Positions 1 to 12,894 of a stretch of 64,000 nucleotides of DNA are shown piece after piece. How positions within the stretch are numbered: position 1 is the stretch's first letter; each line of letters starts with the position of its first letter. This DNA is from Octopus vulgaris (lineage: Eukaryota). The notes beneath the pieces were generated by a model that searched no databases, was not told the origin of the DNA, and was given only the letters and a program-made list of their open reading frames with translations. The translations under genes were made by a program, and so were the position numbers. Where the stretch lies: positions 55,738,001-55,802,000 of the forward strand of contig OX597823.1 of the NCBI GenBank assembly GCA_951406725.2, in the 5' to 3' direction.

Positions 1-10
1 ACGTTCTTGT

Positions 11-330
11 GAAGGCGCATGGTGATTAGAGTGTCGAGCTTACGATCGTGAGGTTGTGAGTTCGATTCCAGGACCGGGCTGCGTGTTGTATTCTTGAGCA
101 AGACACTTTATTTCACGTTGCTCCAGTTCACTCAGCTGTGTTGCGGCGTCACAGGTGCCAAACTGTATCGACCTTTGCCTTTCCCTTGGATAACATTGAT
201 GGCATGGAGAGGGGAGACTGGTGTGCATGGGTGACTGTTGGTCTTCCATAAACAACATTGCCCGGACTTGTGCCTAGGAGGGTAACTTTCTAGGTACAAT
301 CCCATGGTCATTCATGACCGAAGGGGTCAC
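11..330 (+). mobile_element. tRNA-derived SINE, family A (CORE/Meta-like central motif)
   Basis: tRNA-like head with A box and B box (GAGTTCGATTCC), then CTTGAGCAAGACACTTTATTTCACGTTGCTCCAG. Homologous copies at ~6190-6322(-), 20655-20945(-), 21569-21790(+), 52612-52878(-), 54329-54640(+). Confidence 0.85.
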
Positions 331-739
331 AATGTATGTATGTATGTATGTATGTATTTGTGTGTGTGTGTATGTATATGTTTGTGTGTATGTGGGGAGT
401 TTTGGACGTGTGGGTGGCGTCTTAGATAGAGGTGTGTGGGTGTATATGTGTGTGTTTGCATTTTTAAATCTATCGCAGATGTCGACCAAGAATACCAACA
501 TTGGTGAAGAACATCAACATTGACCAGAAAACTGAGAAACCAGTATTTTTACAAACGAATTCTTTTGAGATATGTGTGCTGCCATCGAGATACAAAGACA
601 GTGACAGGTGCACCTAAAATCTGCAGCTACCGACGCTTTTATTCACCAGTTCCCACTTCCAATATTAAATCAAAAATGAAGTCCAGAAATCGAAATAATC
701 TCCTAGGGAATACACTAAGGTGTCACAGCAGCAGGAGCT

Positions 740-749
740 GTAGTAGTAA

Positions 750-815
<66 letters not shown>
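740..815. repeat. (AGT)n microsatellite
   Basis: Direct reading; explains the poly-Ser tail of ORF 520..822. Confidence 0.95.
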
Positions 816-816
<1 letters not shown>

Positions 817-1619
817 CAGTGATGCTTATAGATTGCTACACCCGGAATGTTGAAAAAGTTTGAAAACTTGAGATCACTGATACAAATAGCAGACAGAACC
901 TCCCTTTAAAACGCAGGAACAAAAGTCAAGGAAAAGCACTTCAGTGTTATCAGCCAATCGCTGCAAATTGAAAAGATCTCGTCTTTAAAGCCACCCAGTG
1001 AATACAACGGACATTTAACATATTAGTTCGCCTCAGCGAGGCATTTTCCGCTTGGTTGGCAAGATTTGGAATTGATCAGCATATATATGTGAGAAGGAAT
1101 ATTGTGAAGCTGATTCTCATCTCAAAAGACTGAATCATATCTGTTCCAGAGTCTTCCATAAGTCGGCTTTGAAGACAAGATCTTCAAACGATGGTATTGT
1201 CTTTATTTCCCAGAAATTTTGATTGATTGAAATTGTGGGAATTTTCTCCATCGGTTGTTATTTTTAAATGTTAAGCGCTCTTAAATGAAATTTTTATTTT
1301 GTTAGTTGCAGAAATAATCCGAATCCATTTTTAACTCACTATATTATATATATATGTGACCTTACAGATTATGTATGTACATATTATGCAGAATATCCCT
1401 CTGGACTACGTATTTTCCGCTACATTGTAGATAGTCACTGAGGATTTCAGCCTACCTACTGTAATAAATATTTTAGCCCCCTTTTTATCAAGTATTACAA
1501 CCCATTTATATCTATGTGTACGCATGTATACATTTATGTGCGTTTGTATGTATGTATGGTTTTTATGCTTGTTAACTTAAACCACATGCCAATATAGTAT
1601 ATTTCAAGATACTAGTCCG

Positions 1620-2030
1620 GGTTTTACAAGGTGACATTCTTGCACCATTCTTATTTATAGATAAAGGAGATATAATGTGAGAACAGCTATCGAAGAATAT
1701 AAAACTTTGGGATACACTCTAAAGCCAAAAGTTAGTCGAAGATATTCAATCATGACTATCACGGATACAGACCATGTAGGTAATATAGTGAATATCTATT
1801 AGAAGCGACTAGACTATGTCATAGGTACGAATGTCTTGCTAAGGATGCATCAACCAAACAAATACTGAATCCATATTTTAAGACTAAAAAAAACTGAAGA
1901 AATTCAATGAAAAAGTTTTACCTGCACCGTCTAGTAGAAGATCATAAGAAAGTTATAGAAATAAGAAATGGCTTGGATAGCAATAGAAATAGAAAAATGG
2001 ACACTTTACGGAGATAAATTGGCAATTCTT
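1620..2030 (+). pseudogene. Possible decayed RTE-like LINE 3' fragment
   Basis: Stop-riddled translation with weak resemblance to an RTE C-terminus; no diagnostic catalytic motif seen. Confidence 0.25.
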
Positions 2031-2068
2031 CAGTTACGACGAGAGTTCCAGTTGATTCTATATCAATG

Positions 2069-2274
2069 TGTTGTAATCCTTTAATGTTGGTTTGTTATAA
2101 CGCCAACTCTGGTATACCAGTATAGTTGTTATACACGTAAGACCACGACTATCTATGACCGTCTACTTCGTACTTTGTCTTTATACTGATCAGCGTTACC
2201 TTAATTATTGCGACTAGTGCATACCACTTGTCCCGTGGGAGGAGTGTATTATTATTACTACTATCCCCACAACA
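2069..2274 (-). repeat. 3' LTR of Ty3/Gypsy element
   Basis: Termini TGTTGT...ACAACA. On the minus strand it is directly preceded by a polypurine tract AAAAAAGGGAGA (2275-2286) downstream of the integrase. Confidence 0.8.
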
Positions 2275-4200
2275 TCTCCCTTTTTTAAGCTTTTCTTTTC
2301 TTCTTAGGGAGTGTCATTTTATTTCTTTTAATAGTAATACTTTTTAGATCACCTCATCTCCCTTTTTTGAGATTTTATCTTGGTTACACGTTTAATGTTT
2401 TTTTTTTTTTGATTGGCATTCACTTCCAGGAATGCCTGAGTTCAATCACCTGTAGTAGCGTGGGTACATGAAAAGTATCATATAACCATTCTATTGGTTC
2501 TTCCATTCTCTTGGGTTCGCTCTCAACGTATCTTCTTTTTGGTTGGTTTATATGTCTCTTGTCTATGCCTTTTCTACTTTTTACTATACATAGCATTTTC
2601 CCTATACGTTTGGTAATAACGCCGTCTTCCCAACTCTGTTTTCCGTCCTTACATGCCCTCACAAATACCTTTTCACCAATTTTGAAAAATCTTGCTGTAT
2701 TTTCCCTTGCAATTTTTCTTTTCTTGCCCGGTAGCAATTGTCGAACACTGATTTTATTTTCCTCGCAAACATTAGCCCTGCTGGTGACATACCCGCTGGG
2801 GTATTTGCATGTGGTGTCACACGGTATACTCTTAAGAATTGTTGTAGAGCTGCCCCATCCGTAACTTCCTTATTCGACTTTCTCAGCGCTCTCTTGAACG
2901 TATCGACAAAGCATTCTACCTGTCCATTAGATCTGGGATGATATGGCGCTGTAGTTGCATGGTCTATAGCGAACGTTATACACAACTTTTTAAATTCAAA
3001 AGACACAAATTGCGTTCCATTGTCAGATGCAATCGCGTTTTGGATGCTAAACTTCGCAAACAGCTCATGTAAAAAATTTGTCACATTTGAGGAGGTTGGT
3101 ATTTACAAATTTACAAATTTCACTTACAAATTTCTGGCCAATTAGAGAAACTATATTCTACCACTAAGTAGTATGAACCGTTTAAAGAACCAGTGAAATT
3201 AATGTGTAGTTTCGACCACGGAGCATCTACTTTTGGCCCAGGTTCACACTTTATTGTCGGTAATTTTGCTACTAGAGCACATCCTCTACAGCCTTTCACT
3301 AAATTTTCGATTTCTCTATCCATTTTTTTGGCCATTACACGGAGCTGCGCATTAAAACTTTCATCCTCCAAATACCAGGATGTCTAACATGGAATCGCTT
3401 CAACATTTTCTTTTGCAGTGTTTCAGATATCATTATTCTCTGTACACATATCAGTACTCCATCACAAATTGAGTATACGTTCACATCTTGGTTTCGTTTC
3501 GCACCAATCCTGTTCCTATTTACTTTTCCTGACCACAGTGTCCTTTTTCACTTCTATTATAAATTTGTCCTTAACCGCATTTCGCTATATGTTTTCTGGG
3601 GTTACCGGTAATTCACGTACTACAATCTTTTACCCGTAACACTATGTGCAACTTTCGTAGATTTACTTAATTTCGACTTACCGATATAATTCCAAGGTTT
3701 TTCTTTCACAATGGTAATATAGCTTCCAGTGTCTAACTGCTTTTTTACTCTTATATCTTTAATTTTCACATTTACAAATTTTCTCTTACCATTTTCTTTC
3801 GACGACACGCTATTCTCTTTTTTTTTTTTTTGTGTTCCAACGTTTTGTCATCTAGTATTTACAGTGCACTTTTACGTGTCCTATTTTTCCGCAACGGAAG
3901 CATTGCGCTTTCTTAAGTGAACAGTTTTTACTCAGGTGTAGAACTCCACATACAAAACGTGGGGTTTTTTTCCCCTGATCCTTGTCTTGTTTGTACTGTA
4001 TTTTAGTACACACTTGATTTCTATTCTGCCTATTTCGCACTTGTTTCACTTGGGAGCAATCTTTATCTTCAATTTTTTTCTATGTCATGTCTTAAATTTA
4101 CTATTCTTTCACACTCTTCTGACACTTGTTGTAAGGTTACCGCTTGGTTTTACTCCAGCTTAGTAAGAATTCTTATTCTTATTTCTATGTCTTTCCCTGC
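2069..4200 (-). mobile_element. Degenerate Ty3/Gypsy (Mag-like) LTR retrotransposon, RT/RNase H deleted, 5' LTR missing
   Basis: Gag zinc knuckle CFRCGKIGHVKVHC (3852..4049), aspartic protease QLDTGS (3620..3808), integrase zinc/core (CRGC, SDNGTQF, APYHPRSNGQVE; 2659..3371) and integrase C-terminal region (2420..2737). Many frameshifts. Confidence 0.92.
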
Positions 4201-4202
4201 AG

Positions 4203-4257
<55 letters not shown>

Positions 4258-4440
4258 CTGAGGTGATAGAGGGCATGATTTCAAAGAAATGTGGCTGTTA
4301 TTTCTAGCATGTTGATCGACCGCAGAGAGTTACGTCTTATCCCAGAGTTTCATCAGTTCACGTCCTTACCGTCTTTTAGTTATCCTAATTGCCAGACATT
4401 AGCTGTACAACAGCCAGGCAGCCATTTTTAGACATATGCA

Positions 4441-4785
4441 TACTACTACTACTATTACTATTACAACTGCTGCTGTTACTACTACTACAACTACTTCTAC
4501 TGCTGCTACTACTTCTATTGCTGCTACTACTACAACTACTTCTACTGCTACTGCTTCTACTGCTACTACTACTACTACTGCTGCTACTACTACTACTGCT
4601 ACTACTACTACTACTGTTGCTGCTGCTGCTACTACTACTACTACTACTGCTGTTGCTGCTACTACTACTACTACTGCTGCTGCTGCTACTGCTACTGCTG
4701 CTACTACTGCTGCTACTACTACTGCTGCTACTACTACTGCTACTACTACTGCTGCTGCTACTACTACAACTACTACCACTACTAC
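4441..4785. repeat. Compound (CTA)n/(CTG)n trinucleotide array
   Basis: Direct reading; source of the poly-S/L/T/V ORFs. Confidence 0.95.
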
Positions 4786-6455
4786 AGCGAATCCACGAAC
4801 GATCCTGTTTATCCCTCAAATCACACCCATGTGAGAAAAATGAAACGACAGATAAAAACGAAACGAGAGGATTACAGCGGGAAAGCCCTTGATCATTGGG
4901 CTTGCTACTCCTTTGGGGTGTACATAGCCATAAGAATCACTTACTACTACTACTGCTGCTGCTGTTTCACAAACCGCTATGTAGGTGACGTTCACCAATA
5001 ATTCATGAGATAATGTTCCTCATCCATCACACACCGCACACTCTTCAACTTCGATATCAATAGAACCGAAAGGAGAGCTATGTGGTAAAGGGAGTTAATT
5101 TACACGTTGTGGTGCTAATTGATGCTCAGGCTGTGGCATATATAGAATGGGGATGCAAACACCTATATGTGTGTGTGTGTGTATGTGTGCGTGCGTGTGT
5201 ATGTGCACATATACACGTATGTTTGTGTGTGTGCATATATATACATACGTACATACACACACACACACATATATATATATATGTATACACGCCACATATA
5301 CCACCGACAAACATATACATATACGTAGATGCACACACACGCTGACATATGCACATACATTGGAAGAGAGTTATACATGTACACACCTATAGTCGAACAC
5401 ATATTCACATATATGAATCAACACTTACAATGATATGCATTTACCATACATACATCCATCTATCCATACATTCATACATCCATACAAGCATACACATAGA
5501 GAGACAAAATGTTATACACGTGTATATTTAAAAGAGCTATTGAAGCCGAAAACGACATACCAAATTGGTTTGCTATGGCATACATAAATCTTGTAACCTG
5601 CTACAAGGATGTTACATGCATAAAACATTATCTATAAGCTTTACACAGGCTATCTCGATTGTACACTTCAAAGAACATTGAGAGACGAACAAGACAATGA
5701 TTGCTGAGCAAAGCAGGTAGAAAGAAGAGGGTGTAGCGCTGCGTCGAAGAACATTTAATAAAAGTGTCTGCTGTCTGAATTCAAAACCAAAATGTAGAAG
5801 CACACTAGAGGAATCTTGTTATAGTATGGGTTTGATAATATAAAAGCATTTGAGTCTTCCCTTACGGTTATTGGAATCACATAATATCATTACCGGTCAG
5901 ACTGCCCTTTTGTTATCAAAAGGACCGCAAAGAACTGTTTAACCATTCTAATCGTCCTTAGTATTTAAATCAAAATCGTTGTCTCTGAAGCTTAGAAAAG
6001 GAATATTCCAAGAACATAGTCTGTCTGTTCTGTTTATTCTGACTTTGAATCAATTATTTCTTTTATAAAACTCAAATAGTTATATTCTGATTTTTTTTTT
6101 TAATTTTGCCAACCTTTAGAAATTACTGTTTTGAATGTCAATCATCGAAATTACATTTCCTTGGAACGGAACGCAATTTTGTTGTAGGGCCACTCACGAC
6201 TGGGTGGCCTGGAGCAATGTGAAATAAGTGTTTTGATCAAGAACACAACGCACAGCCACGTTTAGGAATCGAAACCGTGATCTTGCGATCGTGAGCGTAA
6301 CCCCATAACCATTAGGTCACGCGTATATAATAGGAAGTGTATATAATAGGAATCAGAAAATCCATAGTTTCTTTGTGGATGATCTAAAGTAATTCTTTTA
6401 TTCTTTTAGCGGTTTCAGTCGTAGGACTGCATCCATGCTGGAGCACCGTCTTAAC

Positions 6456-6700
6456 TTATTTTATTTCTTTACTGCCCACAAGGAGCCACACACAGAGGGG
6501 ACAAACAAGGATAGACAAACGGATCAAGTCGATTATATCGACTCCAGTGCGTAACTGGTACTTATTTAATTGACCCCGATAGGATGAAAGGCAAAGTTGA
6601 TTTCGGCGTAATTTGAACTCAGAACGTAGCGGCAGACGAAATATCGCTAAGCATTTCACCCGGCTTGCTAACGTTTCTGTCTTTCTGTCAGCTCGTCACC
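6456..6700 (-). mobile_element. tRNA-derived SINE, family B (Nin/Deu-like core)
   Basis: Minus strand has B-box-like GAGTTCAAAT and core GCCTTTCATCCT..CGGGGTC.ATAAAT.AGTACCAG. About 20 copies, e.g. 17930-18160, 19820-20260 (x2), 35348-36865 (cluster), 39965-40360, 50522-50920 (x2), 51935-52335, 54661-55395. Confidence 0.85.
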
Positions 6701-6719
6701 TTTTGTTTTCTATCGGTTT

Positions 6720-7258
6720 GGTTTGTCGCTTTATGATATGAAGTTGGTCTACGATTGAGTCCGTAGTAGCAGCTGATCTTCCCTGAATGTATCCTTGAAT
6801 GGTTGGCCGGTCCAGTATCGTCGTTAGGAATTTATTCAATGTGTTTTGGGGAATTTTTTTTCAATGTTTCTGTAGAAATCCTTTTTATATTTCTAGTTTC
6901 TTTAGGTAGGCAGTTGAACAGTTGAGGACCTCTAATTATATCAAAGTGGCACAATACAGTGCTTACGCTCGAGATTTCAAAGGCGGTGTATTTGAAAGCT
7001 GACAGTATCTACCAGTTCCTGCATTAAAATTCTCCAGGATGTTCCATAGCATATCTTTTCCTTCGGCGTGCAAGAGAATAGAGAGACAGAGCTTTCAAAC
7101 GTTTCCAGTAATTAAAACTTTTAACCAAAGTTATTTTACTAGTGAACGTTATATATATATATATATATATATAAATTACAAAATATAACGTTATATCTTG
7201 AGTGACAACTCTCAAGATATACAACAGACTGGAAATAGAAGTGCTCCAATGAGCTGTA
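6720..7258 (-). pseudogene. CR1/L2-group LINE 3' fragment
   Basis: YWKRLKALSLYSLARRRKRY and downstream GPQLFNCLPKETRNI match the conserved CR1/L2-group ORF2 C-terminus. Interrupted by (TA)n at ~7150. Confidence 0.75.
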
Positions 7259-7603
7259 TACACTTTTTTTTATCCAAGGGGAGGCAATGCGAGCAACAAC
7301 CACAGGAACATCACAAAATTCAAAGATAGACCAAACACATAAAATCTTATATACTAATTTATATCTAAACAGTCCGACATTTTTTTTTTAAATTTCAAAA
7401 TTCAGTAATATATAAGTATCATATACATATAAAAAATATAAATACTGCATATAACACGCTTAAAACTGTTAGAATAAGAGAAATAAATATAATGATAATA
7501 AAATAAAAATATGGCATATCAAAAGACGAATAAAATTCCGGCGAATAGTACATAGAATATAATACATATACAAGCTTACAAAAATATAAGATATACAGAA
7601 GTC

Positions 7604-7696
7604 CATTTACGGGCCGTTTCGGGGATGTGCCAATTAATATTAGACATATCGGTACTTAAAGTAGTACTTAAAATTGGCACTCCCCTCATCAGGATG
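7604..7696 (-). ncRNA. Type I hammerhead ribozyme motif with long stem II
   Basis: Minus strand: CAUC-CUGAUGA-GGGGAGUGCCAAUU...AAUUGGCACAUCCCC-GAAA-CGGCCCG-UA-AAUG. Canonical core intact. Confidence 0.85.
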
Positions 7697-8311
7697 TCCT
7701 ATACAAACACATATAAAACATGAACAAATACACAATCACACACCGGCCATTCTCAGAACAAGTCCTTTACGTACTCCCAGAAATGTTTTCGTCGATCCTG
7801 AATGGAACTTTATACGCAAACAATTCGCCATAGTAAACTGTATGCACACAGCGCCATCTAGACCATTTCACTTCAGCACTCACTATACTCACTAAACTTA
7901 ACTCAATTGATATTGCTTAGCTCATACTTTTATTGCTATTTCTATTTCTAAATTTCCTATGGAACGTCGAGTGGATCTTATGCGTACACGCCGGTATTGC
8001 ATCCGCGAACTTATTTAATTTATTTTATTTTATTTCAATTTTATAAATTCTCCCATACATGCAAAGCCACATATTCAGGTTCGAATCCTCGACTAACAGC
8101 TATTTTTTAATAATTATATTACTTTAGTTTTATCTCGTTTACTACTCACTATACTTACTAAACTTAATTCAATTGTTATTGCTTAGCTCTAACTTTTATT
8201 GCTATTTCTATTTCTAAATTTTCTAGCTATTTTTTAAAATAATTACATTACTTTAGTTATATCTTGTTTACCACTCACTATACTCACTAAACTTAACTCA
8301 ATTGTTATTGC

Positions 8312-8803
8312 TTAGCTCATACTTTTATTACTATTTCTATTTCTAAATTTCATATGGAACGTCGAGTGGATCTTATGCGTACACGCCGGTATTGCATCCG
8401 TGAACTTATTTAACACTGCGTTGTTGTAATTTTTCAATATAGTATATGCCTCCCTTATGCATAAACTGCATCTAGTGGACGCAATTCTATAAGGGGAGGC
8501 ATGTGCAAGGATAGCCCATGATATTTTAAATTCAACATTCCTTCCTTTAAGGTCATTAACATGTAATGCCAATGTTGTAGAGGTCCTATATTTAGGATTG
8601 TTGAAAGAGCTCAGGTGGGATCGATACCTCTGCTTAAAGTCTACTGTGCTTCCAATATATATTTTTCTCTGGCCTCCTTGAGCCTCAACACTACATTTAT
8701 AAACTACATTTTCCTGGCGACAATTTCCGCTAATCGGACATTCTGATGGGTCCCAACAGTTACATTTCTTTAACCTGCTGCGGGGTCCCGTATTATTGAT
8801 CAC
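8312..8803 (-). CDS. GIY-YIG endonuclease domain of the PLE (remnant of a frameshifted RT-EN ORF)
   Basis: CNC..CPISGNC, VVYKC...KIYIGST..FKQRY..H, CSLC.RE, CTH motifs. Not a stand-alone gene. Confidence 0.85.
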   Translation of the reverse strand: MINNTGPRSRLKKCNCWDPSECPISGNCRQENVVYKCSVEAQGGQRKIYIGSTVDFKQRYRSHLSSFNNPKYRTSTTLALHVNDLKGRNVEFKISWAILAHASPYRIASTRCSLCIREAYTILKNYNNAVLNKFTDAIPACTHKIHSTFHMKFRNRNSNKSMS

Positions 8804-10067
8804 TCCCAGTACTACGATCTACCATATCATTTACACCATCGTTCGTACTATTCTCCGGTATAATTATTCTATTATTATTCTTACTATTACCATCCTTATT
8901 TTAATTTTTATTTTTACTAATATTTTTATTACCATTACCACTACTATTAACACCATCATTACCACCCTGATAATCATTATAATCACTAATATCATCACCA
9001 ACATCATTATTATGATTATCTCTACTATTTGCATTATTTGTCACTCCAACACAATCGATTTCAGAAGACGTACTATTAATATTAATACCATCTTCTATGT
9101 CATTAATGAATTTTCCATTAAAGCTTCTGTCATCATTTCTATCATTATAGCGCCTTATTTTAATTCTATTCAACGAAGCAATAATAGATCCGACATTAGG
9201 AGTGACTGAGTAGGTCAGCTTGATTGTTGACTTGTTACATATTGAATAGTACTTATGGTGTTTTGGGAAATTTTCCTTCAATAACTTACAAAATAGCTTT
9301 GGTAAACCTTTCACACTTAATGAAAAGAGGGGGGGGCAAACCAAGTAACTTGACGAATCCTAGACTTAGTATTAATAGTGAGATTATGATATGTTGCTTG
9401 GCTTGATGTACTAAATGTAAGGGCACTCCTGTATCTATTACTAATATTCATATCTCTATTACTACTAGTATTATTCTTATTCCTATTATCACCTTTATTA
9501 GACCTAAGCCCAACTTTACACCTTAATCCACATTTATGATTCATATTATTTGCAACCCCTTCCCTCCCGTTGCTGTTATCATCCATGGTATTTTCATCCT
9601 TACAAATCTCATTATTAGCCTTATTAACGTGGTTACCATTTACAAGACCAACCACATCGCATTCATTTCTCCTATTTCCAAAACTCGTTTTATCAGCATA
9701 AATATTGGTCATTATTAGCTACTTGGGAACCATGAGGGGAGCAACTGCCATCCGAAATCCGTTTCATATCGTCGCTGACCATGCTGGCCAATTTAATTTT
9801 TAATTTTGTATTGTGTATGTATTCAATGTTATTTGTGAACCCACTCAATTTCAAGGCATTGTTGTATATTGGGGCGTGTTGATTAAAGATGTTTTCATTC
9901 GCCGATAGGTTTGAGATTATGATAGATGTCGGACTGTTTAGATATAAATTAGCATATAAGATTTGTATGTGTTTGGTCTATCTTTGAATTTTGTGATGTT
10001 CCTGTGGTTGTTGCTCGCATTGCCTCCCCTTGGATAAAAAAGTGTATAAATAAATAAATACATACAT

Positions 10068-10145
<78 letters not shown>

Positions 10146-10994
10146 CTGGAAATATTTACATTATTGAGAAACATCTGAATTTAATAACCTTTACAGATAA
10201 TATAGAAAAGGAATTTGATCAAACCACATGCGCATAACACAAACTGAACAGAACAGAAGACAGCTGTACCGTGAATCGGAAACCTTTCTGTCGATGATTC
10301 CTTTTGTTTCACTCAATAAGGTCAACAATTTCTCAATAAAAAAAAAGCCGCTGTGAGCAAAAATAGAGAAGTAGGACAGTATAATGCGATTTTAACAAAC
10401 ATATCAATCAGAGCATTTCTCTTACAATAAGACAATATCTCGCAATACATTTGCAGTAATGGTACTGAATACTCATCGCCGAAATTGACGGAAGATTGGT
10501 TTGCTTTACTTAGTAACGCATGTATCGACATTTGGGATGCTTGGACTGGACTACATAGAAAATCAGCTCAATTGAAACTAAAAGCCGCACGAATCTGACA
10601 TCAACTGGATATTTCCACATTAACAACTGATGTCGACAGACCTCAAGGAAATACAGAAACAAGAAGCTTAAGATCAGTCCAGACATCCTTTGATGTATCG
10701 TAACTTAATAACCGGATAACATTTGCTAAACAACAGCAGAAGTAAAACTGACAAATCAATTAAATGCGCAAAAGTGGGTACGGTACGTTTCAGTGTATCA
10801 TGAAATTTATTCAAATATATACGACTCAGTATGTTTACTAACTCCCTCTTCCTTATATATTCTCAGAACGACCTAAACGTTTAGCTTTCATAAACTCTCT
10901 TATACGAAGAATCAGTTGCGAAGCATCAGCTTCCACCCTACGGAACACGAAGTTATTAAACTCACGAACTATACATACATATGTATGTGTGTGT

Positions 10995-11070
<76 letters not shown>

Positions 11071-11174
11071 GAGCTATGGGGACAGACACTGTTGATGAGT
11101 CTGCGTTTAACAGACGAAAGTTGTCTAGTCCAGTGGTTTTCCCAACTTTGCTCATTGGTGGTTATCATCCTTTA

Positions 11175-11334
11175 GTCATTTGACAGTGGCCATGCTGGAG
11201 CACCGCCTTTTAGTCGAAGAAATTGACTTCTGGGCTTGTTCTTTGTGAGTTTGGTGCTTATTCTATCGGTCTCTTTTGCCGAACCGCTAAGTTACGGGAA
11301 CGTAAACATGCCAATATCAAGCGACGGTACGGAG

Positions 11335-11429
<95 letters not shown>

Positions 11430-11528
11430 ACGGGCTCCTTTCAGTTTCCGTCTACCAATTTCACTCACAAGGCTTTGGTCAGCCTGAGGTTATGGAAGAA
11501 GAGATTTGCCCGAACCCGGAACCATGTG
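11175..11528 (-). mobile_element. SINE family C (tRNA-like head, internal microsatellite)
   Basis: Shared blocks GGTAGACGGAAACTGAAAG, CCCGTAACTTAGCGGTTCGGCAAAAGAGACCGATAGAATAAG and GGCGGTGCTCCAGCATGGCC. Copies at 14176-14562(+), 34040-34405(-), 36305-36712(-), 37150-37640(-), 38036-38447(+), 53085-53260(-), 63400-63560(+). Confidence 0.85.
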
Positions 11529-11568
<40 letters not shown>

Positions 11569-11602
11569 CATACATACATACATACATACATACATACATA
11601 CA

Positions 11603-11634
<32 letters not shown>

Positions 11635-11635
11635 C

Positions 11636-11855
11636 TGGAACAATGAAATTCGAAGCAAGTAAAGCTATAAAAGTCATGTAGATTTGGGGTTAAGAAGAAT
11701 CCTTTGGATAGAAATGTTATCATCTTTACAAAAAAGTTGTCGATTTGTGTCCCATAGACTCCTTTCTTTGGCCTTTTTCTATCCAAAGTTATTTTAATGC
11801 AATATTTAACATGTTATTACTAATAGCCTCATCTGCTTCGAATTTCGCCGTTCCA
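11636..11855. mobile_element. MITE-like fold-back element
   Basis: Outer inverted repeat TGGAACAATGAAATTCGAAGCA / TGCTTCGAATTTCGCCGTTCCA and inner inverted repeat CTTTGGATAGAAA / TTTCTATCCAAAG. Confidence 0.55.
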
Positions 11856-11908
11856 AACATAAGTATTTACTGTTATCTCGAAGTTTCCAAAGTCATATGA
11901 CATCAACA

Positions 11909-11947
<39 letters not shown>

Positions 11948-12894
11948 TGTATGTATGTGTATACACACACACACACACATATATATATATTTATATATAT
12001 CACAGCATCACGGTATCGAACAGACCATCGCATGTTGTTATACACTGCTAGTCACAATGCACTTCCAGTTCTGTCTTGATTGCGTCATTCTTTTCTATCT
12101 TGACTCAAATTGCTTAACTAAATCATATATACATACATACACCCTCTCTCTACCTCCTCTCTATCACCCATCTCTCTCTATCTATTCTCCCTTCTCTCTC
12201 TGTCTCTTCGTCTCTGTGTCTCTCTCATAATACATACATATACGGGCACGCACACTAACGAACACTTATTTGCCTTCACGCGAGCGAGCAACAGGAGCAG
12301 AGAGCATACAACACGCACACTATAAATTTCCGGTCTGCGTTGTTGTACATCTCTCTACAATATGTAGAACCAAACAATATCGACTGAGGCAAGTTTTCTC
12401 TTTGCGTGACTATATAAATTTGGGTATGCATCATCGACCGCGTGTATCTTTAACATTCGGAACTGCACTTGGCCTTTGCCTTTTTCTCTCCAGCTTTACC
12501 GACTCATTTCGAGCAGATGTCTAAATAACACAGTCGATTGTCGTATACTAAGCATTTAATCAAAAAGAAAGAGAATAGCTATTGTCCGAATGTTTCTAGA
12601 ATATTTATAAGAAAAGAAACAAAATGGAGTTCCTTGAATGGAAAATGAAATCATTCGCTAATATCATTACGTACGCCACAAGACGCCAAGGAATCAATCA
12701 TTTTGTATTAAAATATATATTGAATAACAGAATTTAATTTAAAAGGATTATCAAACCAGCAATATTACCAGACCCACCACCGTGAACATGAACAACAACA
12801 ACAAAAACGACACCAGTAACTACATTAACAAACACCTTGATAGTATTTAATAACAACACGGAATTGTATATAAATTTTAGCCGCAATAACATCA

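Larger units (their letters stand above)
7260..10047 (-). mobile_element. 5'-truncated Penelope-like element (Neptune-type) with inverted pseudo-LTR
   Basis: RT C-terminus ISNLSANENIFNQHAPIYNNALKLSGF (~9840-9920), linker VTWFAPP..FSLSVK..NFPKHHKY..KLTYS, GIY-YIG ORF 8312..8803. Segment 7260-7380 recurs inverted at 9925-10047. HHR in the 3' pLTR. Confidence 0.92.

Noticed and set aside
11-80. tRNA gene
   Set aside because: tRNA-like SINE head that continues into the SINE body; no complete cloverleaf.
4385-4892. Long poly-S/L/T/V ORFs, and similar ORFs at 12904-13327, 22236-22664, 30634-32214, 51677-52000
   Set aside because: Translations of trinucleotide repeats, open in several frames on both strands.
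8312-8803. Stand-alone GIY-YIG nuclease flanked by TIRs (novel endonuclease-only transposon)
   Set aside because: RT C-terminal residues are present at ~9840-9920 and an HHR lies in the 3' end, so it is an ordinary 5'-truncated PLE with an inverted pLTR.
12270-12430. TATA-box promoter
   Set aside because: TATAAA is common in this AT-rich DNA and no linked gene is supported.
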